Part shown: positions 57,901 through 64,000 of the stretch, piece by piece | Position numbering within the stretch: the first letter of the stretch is position 1 | Layout of the letters: every line of letters begins with the position of its first letter | IMG/VR virus record: IMGVR_UViG_3300049846_002130 | Span: 1 to 64,000 of that record | DNA from: a virus | Strand: one strand, 5' to 3' | DNA length: 64,000 nucleotides | Translations under genes and position numbers: made by a program | The notes under the pieces: generated by a model | The model's database searches: none | The model's input: the letters and a program-made list of their open reading frames with translations, nothing else | Told to the model about the DNA's origin: nothing

Positions 57901-60900
57901 CGTATTATGGCAGAGGCAGAAGCTGGAGGCCTTACCAAAGAGTTTATTAGCAGCTTCCTTTATGATCTTCCTATTAAGAACAATATGTGGAAGATTTGGG
58001 AAATGTTTTTAGAAGAGTTTGTTCAAGAGCGAGCACTCTATCCAGACTCTACTGTTAAGGCCGGTGCTTTAGAGCAATTACATGAAAACTCTGCTTGGCC
58101 CTATGTAGGTAAAGCAACTTGGGCAGACCCTGTCCCCGAACAATATCGACCAGCACTAAGAACAAATATCCAAACTACACTCATTCAACATGGGTGGAAT
58201 ATTCTTGGTTATTTAGATGAACCACTAATTAAGGCTGGTTATAATGTTGGAGCGGCACTTAGTAGCTCTATAGATCTTGCCACCTATCAAAGAGAAAAAA
58301 GAAAAACTGCTATTAGCAGATTGGTAAATTACTATCTTTGGACTTTGCCCATAAGTTTTTCTTTGCCTGACTGGGTCAAAGCAACATATGGCACTTATAT
58401 TGGTGAAGTGATTAGCAGTGATAACTTAGATTCTCCTTCTGCTACTGCGCCAGCACTACGTTCTACGTATCAATCATTTTTTGACAATGCAGATAGCTGT
58501 GGAAATATAACCCAGAACTATTTCTCTGCTACACCTGAGCCTGTCTGGGTTGTAACTAATGAATCTATTGGACAGAGAGGTGGGGTACTAGGTCACAACC
58601 TAGATAGTCTTTTGGCACCAGCTACAACACAAGCCGATATATTTTTACAGGGTCCCTATTATCTATTTGGTTCTAGTAGGAAAATAGACACTTATAAATA
58701 TGCTGACAGTCTAGTTAGTAAACCTTTGCAACTTACTGGAACAGAAGAGTTTTTAAGACCTTATCAGCAGATAGGCAATACTCCTGGTAGTCCATTTGTG
58801 TACCACACCGACCAAGCTACCGAGCAACAAAAGGCTTACTATCTTAAAAATATTTTTGCTACTTTTGCAGATGGTATTCTTGCTGACTATGCTGTATTAA
58901 AAATAATAGGACTTGAAAGCTTAATGTTTCTGGATCCTGCCGCCATCGAAGGTAAGGAATGCTATCCAGATATAGATTTGCCAGCTCACCCCTACTATGG
59001 AAGCACTAAACTAGTTTCTCCTGACTTTTTTATGTGGAACATATACGAAGATGCAGATGCTTTAAATATAGAGCAGCAAGAAAAGATTCAGGTTCAGGTT
59101 GATGCTGTAATTCTTAACTCTTATCAGAGTATGAAGCGTTTGGAACAGGGAGATACTTTTGATACAAATTCAGATACAGTCTTATCTGAAAATAGTATTA
59201 ATAGTGACTTTAAGATAGATACTAAGCTTTCTGCTGAAGGTACTGATGGCAATGCACAGAACGGTGTAAGTACCACACCGTTCTATCCGGTCCAAGCAGC
59301 TGCGAAAGATACAGAAGATTGGGTGAGTGCTTTAACCCAAGCCAAGGGTGGATCGGGAAATATTAGACAAATTGGTAATGGTATTAGACCAATAGGTTTT
59401 AATAGTAGCAAGAAAGATTACTATAGTACGAAGCCTTCTGATTTTCTTCATGGGCTTCGAGTATCAAATGCTGAAAGTGTATTTGGTGGTGGACAGACTG
59501 GATTCCAATATCCAGCTAGACTTAGTAATGAACAGTATGCTCAGCTTAAGGTAGAGTTTGAAGCAACAACTCAGATGTTTGGTTCTGTTGAAGGTTATAT
59601 GAATCAACAGCTTAACGAAACAAACTTCCCAACAGTAGCTAGTGAACTAACAGGTACAAGCCTAGAGCGGCCTTTTGAAATAGCTCATACATTCGATATC
59701 AAGTCTTTACAAAAGTTAAGCAAAGATAGTGCCAAGGATCTAATATCTCATAAGATGACTCTTCGTGGAGCATTTCCAACATATAAGCTTTTCTTTATTG
59801 AAGAAGATGAATTCGAAACTAGGTTTATCAACTTTGATGATTTTTATAGCTATAATGCTGTAAAGAGTTTTTCTGTTGTTTTGAGCCGGAAGATACCAGC
59901 TGATACTGCAATTATTTCTTTACAGAACGTTCAAGGTTCTCTTGATGGAACACGAAGAAGTACTGTTACTGATCTAGATTACTTTTCTGGTGACACTGTT
60001 AAGAAAAAACTCCAAGCCAATGGTGATACTGATGCTAGTTTATTGTCTGGAGAGCCAGTAACAACTGGTACTAGTTCAGAGCAGCCTTTCTCTGCTGTAG
60101 TGCTTAGACCGGGGTTAAATGTTCAGTTACGAGCTGGCTACTCTAATGATCCTGATAATCTTCATGTTCTTTTGAGTGGAAGAATTGTTGATGTTACATA
60201 TAACCAAACTGGTGACCTTGCAGAAATAATGGTTCAAAGTTTTGGAACAGAGCTTGCTCAAGTCCTAAAGGGAACTTCTAGAGACTCTAATATAGTCACC
60301 TACACCACAACACATCAGTTACTGGCGTCTATGATGTTGGAGCCAGAGGTTACCCACTTCGGTAGATGGGAGTTCGGACAAACTTACTTTATTGGTGAAG
60401 CTAAAGATCATAAATTAGATTTCGTAGATTACTCTAGAGCTGGCTATCTTGGAAGATTTAAGAATACAGAAGGTATAACTCGTTGGATAATTGACCATCC
60501 AAAGACTGTGTTGGCTATAGGCGTTGGTGTAACAGCTTTGAGCTTTTTGCCCTTGGGCGCGGTAGGTAAAGTTCTCGGGAAGAGTAAGATAGGAAGGTCT
60601 TTGTTTGGAGTGGGTGGTAATACAGCTCTTTGGGAGTCTGGCTATCGTGCAATTTGGGGTGGTGCGCCCCAGGGAGTAGTAACTGGTGCCGAGGCTATCT
60701 CGCAGGGTGTGGCTAGAACAGGTCTTGCTAGAGCTATAGATCAAAGCCTTGATAAACTCGGTGCTGCTGCTGTTAAAGCAGCAGCCGATGCTCCAGAGAT
60801 GGCCTTGCTTGTAGCTCAAAGAACTGCAGCAACTAAAGGAGAAATTGTTGGCAAGCTTTTAGCAGGTCAAGCTGATGATGCAATTGCTATTGCGGCCAGC

Positions 60901-63261
60901 ACAGAGAAATATTTGCAAGGTCTTGCGTTTAAGTCTAGGTGGATGACTAAGCCATGGGTAAGTGCTGGTGAAGCTGGTTTTATTTCTGCTATTGGTTCCA
61001 AACCATTTACGACAGGGTTAAATGTTTTTCTAGGCACACAAGCCAAACTAATCGCAGCCGGTATTGCAGCTGGAGCCGCTCTTGATATAGGGAGTCTAAT
61101 TAGTGATTGGTATGGCCCAGGGTTAATTGGACGGTGGGTCAAGAACTTCTTTGGTCGTAAACAAGCTACAATGTTCCTGACTCCACAAGATGATAACTTG
61201 TTTCCACCACATCCAAAAGACTATATGAATCTAGACCAAGGTATTGCCGAGACTGTATTTAAATTTACCACTCGTAGTTTAGGTGCAATTGGATTCAGTG
61301 ATCCGGATGCATTTGATAATGCCTATCGAATGGTTTTCCCAGATTCATTGTTAAGTAAGAAGGCGTCGCCAGCAGCCTATAGGTATCAACCAGTTACAAG
61401 TACGATCTGGGATATTTTTGAAGAGATGAGTATACGTCACCCAGGCTGGATCTTTGGAACTAGACCTTATGGCAATGCATTTAGATACACAATGTTCTTT
61501 GGATTACCAGCCCAAAGATACTGGGCTCGGCCCGCTACAAATGGCTTTATATATAGAGCTAATCAGCTACGAAAGGTTCTTGATGATAGTAACAACCTTA
61601 TGATTAGTGAAGCTCAGTTCAAACAGCTTTATGGCGAGACTGTTTTAAATGAAATACTTTTGAATCTTGAAGCAAATTCAGTAGCTCCAATAGATTCTAA
61701 TATGTCTGTTGATCTCTCACTTGTCGAAGAAGTAGAACGTATTCGTAGAGAACAAATATTTGGGTCCTATGCAATCAAGGAATATCTCAGAGCACTAGAG
61801 GTTCGATTTGAACCGTTTCGCCGCTATCACTTACTTACTAGTGATAGAGATATTGTTTGGAATGGAATTATGGGTACAGAAAATGCTGTATCGAATGCTG
61901 TAGATGTTACTTATTTCGCAGATGAAAATATTAAAGACATCTATGATTTTGGTGCTGTTGTTCAAACTGCAGTGTTCAAAGCTCATGCTTTTATTCCAGA
62001 AGACCAACTACGTATAGCTCCTGTGCGCTGGCCCAACTGTAAAGGCTATGCGTTGGCTATGCGCTATGGTATGGGTGAGCTTTTAGCGCGAATCAAAGAC
62101 ATGTATCGTGGGGAGATTATTCTTAGAGGTAACCCTAGAATCCGTCCTTGGGATATAGCTATTCTTGTAGATAACTACAACGATATGGTTGGCCCTGTTG
62201 AGATTGAACAAGTTGTTCATACCTTTAGCCACGAGACAGGATTTATTACAGAAATTAAACCTTCGGCTGTTGCATTTGCTAATGAGATTAGTGGTTGGCC
62301 TCTTATTGAGGGCATGAAATTATTTGCTATGGCTATCGAGGATATTCACAGTAGATACCAGGGGCTCTCAGCTAGTACTGCAGATCGAGGCTTAGGTGAT
62401 CCTGGGATTCTTAGTGCTATTGCAAACCAAATAGCTACTGCTGGCAGCTTGCCTAGAGATACCTTAATAGCAGCTACTGATAATATTGAAGAGAGTATTA
62501 CGGGCCGGTCTATTTCGGATCACCACTCTAAACTTGACTCATTCTTAAAAGAAAAGTATAGCCGTATCTTTGGTACTCAGGGCGCTACTGTTAAGAGTGT
62601 CTTCGGGGACACAGCCCCTCCAAACCTGAATATGTTAGATGGTATGGGAACGGACATCTTCCAAGATCTTGGAATTGGTGTCGGTATTGCTGGAAGTGTC
62701 TTGGCACTTGGAGGAGCTGTAGCAACATTTAGTCAACTTGAAGCTACAGCTGCAGCCGCAACAAATGCTACCGGTCTGTTACAAACAATAAAGGCAGCTA
62801 AAGCAGCACCAGGAACTGTAGCAAAGGCTTTTATTAAAAATCCGTATGGCTTAGCTGCTGTTGCTGCTACTGTTGCTGCTGGGGCTGCTGCGGTAGCCGG
62901 ATTTGGTTCTGCTGTAGCTGTCAGTAAGATGGGGCTTCCTTCTATTGGTTGGCTAATGGGCTCTAGTGTATTGTTCCTACAATGTTTAAGAACTGATGCA
63001 ATAATGTTAGTACCTTTAATTAAAGGTGGAACTCCTATAGTTGCTGGGCTAGCTACAAATGATCCTGCTATGATTTGGAAAACTTTTAGAGGTCGGATTG
63101 AAAGAGTTGCTCAGGAAACTATTAAAGGTACGACCGATATGCTTACTTTGTACAGTCGGTATGGTTCGGCTCTTTGGGAGCAAGCAAAAAATGATGGGAT
63201 TTGGGACACAGATGCCCCACCCAACCTAACTGGTGAGCAGCAGGGGATAGTGTCTCAATGA
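54901..63261 (+). CDS. Giant baseplate hub / tail-associated lysin with M23 peptidase (2786 aa)
   Basis: HGGLD...FLHL...GPHLH at about 56190-56445; hub motifs GLNVQLRAGYSN, RGEIILRGNPRIRPWD; Ala/Gly hydrophobic inserts. Confidence 0.8.
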   Translation: MTISVRSPTDIGGKNVFVLNDIDLNIPPTQIEVRNENLIYQYKTLRTKVSTKVPTGHGQAVITARIPFTPSTLLDLHRLIVQFRYSPFFYLDNRYVRETLVPDWPWSQNMAVTITGLNVSSMPGSSDTLVADLDMLWFNYFPYLHNFYFREDWQTNWIRDEKNPAKSHTFSVGWTLDKDSYKRNHAPSILASRDFEETSNALVSSDIYTAKKPTWSISEGSYKSSTNRTIFEMEAAHPGIEFDLLPVPGNMQPARIVTQPRNSYIFVRFMNLLQRDSLFKNFGIDVDQDLRDYERNHNLTGLWDRFFSIGKDLEGNPFVAGLHSISVPLELRNKWISQMRQFNHRIKFLYNGYKEIRLPQKFVEATQNRRNNAVISLAQRASYWSKYGTGNYIPTVQDDPVTTVLVGRPARITDVFGSTGSVNGKPRPRPHGGLDIGVPVTTPLYAPINGTISSVKTSADGSGGRQIVLRGDDGSMWWFLHLELIQAGKNQSVQAGQRIGFTGATGEGISGPHLHVEYIAPGSSTKSDPYLVLQRIYESQQYGLQTQSEDIYEFLPNTEQQSTAQEDFINAAKYEAQAALKATDEEAEALVELFQLLSEEGWYFYDKDSSVTNVWQKTIVLDINHSGLDRVTGIAQEPEVFRQAGIICTAINGSISHIVSKIPILSHEWPTHQHLGSIEPKYELEFMVLDDQTDLEGIGSMAQLVQGMRSVAQSNSRKFRPIIDGHCIATDTFITRLLGTYQNNDLKVLEALNEIADIDLKKKTVISSSYSGTVDGNPGLSVINYTLEETNPYEPEKLFSTAPSLQDKETSRKQVLQKIYDLDVVAQYKPIVVGLFVGSKINPNLIDPRSDSFGKFLLKKNPAENFNQPYLYVDTVSDERLAENIIVFPYGSPSELDWLNTLGIDYDDTSWGQGWASIPSTYLDTASTQSNYQLPGYVAGMSGYAYVAPDDITLPPLEESVSYNLLDMAKINNNSDIDFAAFQRFADYYVAIKQTLETGERIMAEAEAGGLTKEFISSFLYDLPIKNNMWKIWEMFLEEFVQERALYPDSTVKAGALEQLHENSAWPYVGKATWADPVPEQYRPALRTNIQTTLIQHGWNILGYLDEPLIKAGYNVGAALSSSIDLATYQREKRKTAISRLVNYYLWTLPISFSLPDWVKATYGTYIGEVISSDNLDSPSATAPALRSTYQSFFDNADSCGNITQNYFSATPEPVWVVTNESIGQRGGVLGHNLDSLLAPATTQADIFLQGPYYLFGSSRKIDTYKYADSLVSKPLQLTGTEEFLRPYQQIGNTPGSPFVYHTDQATEQQKAYYLKNIFATFADGILADYAVLKIIGLESLMFLDPAAIEGKECYPDIDLPAHPYYGSTKLVSPDFFMWNIYEDADALNIEQQEKIQVQVDAVILNSYQSMKRLEQGDTFDTNSDTVLSENSINSDFKIDTKLSAEGTDGNAQNGVSTTPFYPVQAAAKDTEDWVSALTQAKGGSGNIRQIGNGIRPIGFNSSKKDYYSTKPSDFLHGLRVSNAESVFGGGQTGFQYPARLSNEQYAQLKVEFEATTQMFGSVEGYMNQQLNETNFPTVASELTGTSLERPFEIAHTFDIKSLQKLSKDSAKDLISHKMTLRGAFPTYKLFFIEEDEFETRFINFDDFYSYNAVKSFSVVLSRKIPADTAIISLQNVQGSLDGTRRSTVTDLDYFSGDTVKKKLQANGDTDASLLSGEPVTTGTSSEQPFSAVVLRPGLNVQLRAGYSNDPDNLHVLLSGRIVDVTYNQTGDLAEIMVQSFGTELAQVLKGTSRDSNIVTYTTTHQLLASMMLEPEVTHFGRWEFGQTYFIGEAKDHKLDFVDYSRAGYLGRFKNTEGITRWIIDHPKTVLAIGVGVTALSFLPLGAVGKVLGKSKIGRSLFGVGGNTALWESGYRAIWGGAPQGVVTGAEAISQGVARTGLARAIDQSLDKLGAAAVKAAADAPEMALLVAQRTAATKGEIVGKLLAGQADDAIAIAASTEKYLQGLAFKSRWMTKPWVSAGEAGFISAIGSKPFTTGLNVFLGTQAKLIAAGIAAGAALDIGSLISDWYGPGLIGRWVKNFFGRKQATMFLTPQDDNLFPPHPKDYMNLDQGIAETVFKFTTRSLGAIGFSDPDAFDNAYRMVFPDSLLSKKASPAAYRYQPVTSTIWDIFEEMSIRHPGWIFGTRPYGNAFRYTMFFGLPAQRYWARPATNGFIYRANQLRKVLDDSNNLMISEAQFKQLYGETVLNEILLNLEANSVAPIDSNMSVDLSLVEEVERIRREQIFGSYAIKEYLRALEVRFEPFRRYHLLTSDRDIVWNGIMGTENAVSNAVDVTYFADENIKDIYDFGAVVQTAVFKAHAFIPEDQLRIAPVRWPNCKGYALAMRYGMGELLARIKDMYRGEIILRGNPRIRPWDIAILVDNYNDMVGPVEIEQVVHTFSHETGFITEIKPSAVAFANEISGWPLIEGMKLFAMAIEDIHSRYQGLSASTADRGLGDPGILSAIANQIATAGSLPRDTLIAATDNIEESITGRSISDHHSKLDSFLKEKYSRIFGTQGATVKSVFGDTAPPNLNMLDGMGTDIFQDLGIGVGIAGSVLALGGAVATFSQLEATAAAATNATGLLQTIKAAKAAPGTVAKAFIKNPYGLAAVAATVAAGAAAVAGFGSAVAVSKMGLPSIGWLMGSSVLFLQCLRTDAIMLVPLIKGGTPIVAGLATNDPAMIWKTFRGRIERVAQETIKGTTDMLTLYSRYGSALWEQAKNDGIWDTDAPPNLTGEQQGIVSQ

Positions 63262-63680
63262 TGATTCCAAATAGTAAGTGGCAGCGTAGCCAACAATCCG
63301 TAGAGCGCCAACGGTTTAAGCCAGGTGCGGGTGAGAGACATGTAGCCATTGGACTCCTTCTAGAGGTTTGGGATCGAGAAAAGTTAGCCTTAACAGACCC
63401 TCCAGAAGATTTATTAACCAGAATACAGCTTTCCCCGGGTATACTATTTGGCCTTGTTCAAGTTGGGCAGACTCAAATGTATTTGGGTTTTAATGATACT
63501 GAAGATCTTGTGTATTTAGTTTACGGAAATCATTCTCAGCTTGAGGGTAGAAAGGTTAGAATAGAATACGAAAACACCAGTATTGAAAATGGTAGAATCT
63601 TTTTGCATAAGGTTATTGAACAACCACACTTAAATCTTGATACGGATCTAAAAATTCTTGATATTGGGGGAATTATTTAA
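63258..63680 (+). CDS. Baseplate-region hypothetical protein
   Basis: In-operon after hub. Confidence 0.6.
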   Translation: MMIPNSKWQRSQQSVERQRFKPGAGERHVAIGLLLEVWDREKLALTDPPEDLLTRIQLSPGILFGLVQVGQTQMYLGFNDTEDLVYLVYGNHSQLEGRKVRIEYENTSIENGRIFLHKVIEQPHLNLDTDLKILDIGGII

Positions 63681-64000
63681 TGGTAAGACCAAGTAAGACA
63701 CTGAGATTGAATTACTGGAAACTAGATCCAACTATGGCAGCTAATATTCAGATCTTGGGCAAGCCTGCTGAGGTAAAGCTGTCTTCTAGTGATAAAACAT
63801 TTTTATCTGTTAGGCAAAGTGGAATCACTCTCAGCCCCGGTATAGGAAACAATATTAACCTTCAAGCCTTACCTCAAAATCTAAGATATGGTGGCATGTT
63901 AAGTGATCTTCCGTTTCCCTTAAGTATCTTGCCAACAACTCCCTTTACGCCTTTCCCTAAACAAATATTTAATCCACCTCTAGCTAAGATAGTTCCCTTT
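63680..64000 (+). CDS. Baseplate/spike-region protein, partial (runs off window)
   Basis: TAATG coupling; open frame MVRPSKTLRLNYWKLDP... to the window end. Confidence 0.6.
   Translation, partial: MVRPSKTLRLNYWKLDPTMAANIQILGKPAEVKLSSSDKTFLSVRQSGITLSPGIGNNINLQALPQNLRYGGMLSDLPFPLSILPTTPFTPFPKQIFNPPLAKIVPF

Overview
A 64 kb segment of a large tailed bacteriophage with a contractile tail; no host genes are seen. 1-18.6 kb is mostly leftward: short accessory/early ORFs, three pentapeptide-repeat paralogues, a tRNA-Leu(UAA), two HNH genes (one broken), an HTH gene and a 966-aa YonO/QDE-1-like two-barrel RNA polymerase (GDDDGD). Most genes from 10.8-18.6 kb are preceded by a repeated hairpin / CTTTTA(T/C)GG / hairpin cassette, and a ~700-bp ORF-free hairpin array lies at 17.45-18.15 kb. 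18.7-64 kb is a rightward, AT-richer morphogenesis operon: terminase, portal, protease, capsid, neck, sheath, three tube-like genes, chaperones, a tape-measure-like gene, a 1668-aa protein with a second RNAP active-site motif (GDFDGD; candidate virion RNAP) and a 2786-aa hub/M23 peptidase protein. Best candidate for a new system: a two-polymerase transcription programme with its own cassette-type promoters/processing sites, a structured leader RNA and a TTA-codon/tRNA-Leu split between early and late genes. Several small ORFs (prepilin-like peptide, SSB-tail mimic, VCPD-terminal family) look like host-interference factors. All calls are by-eye motif recognition; no searches were run.
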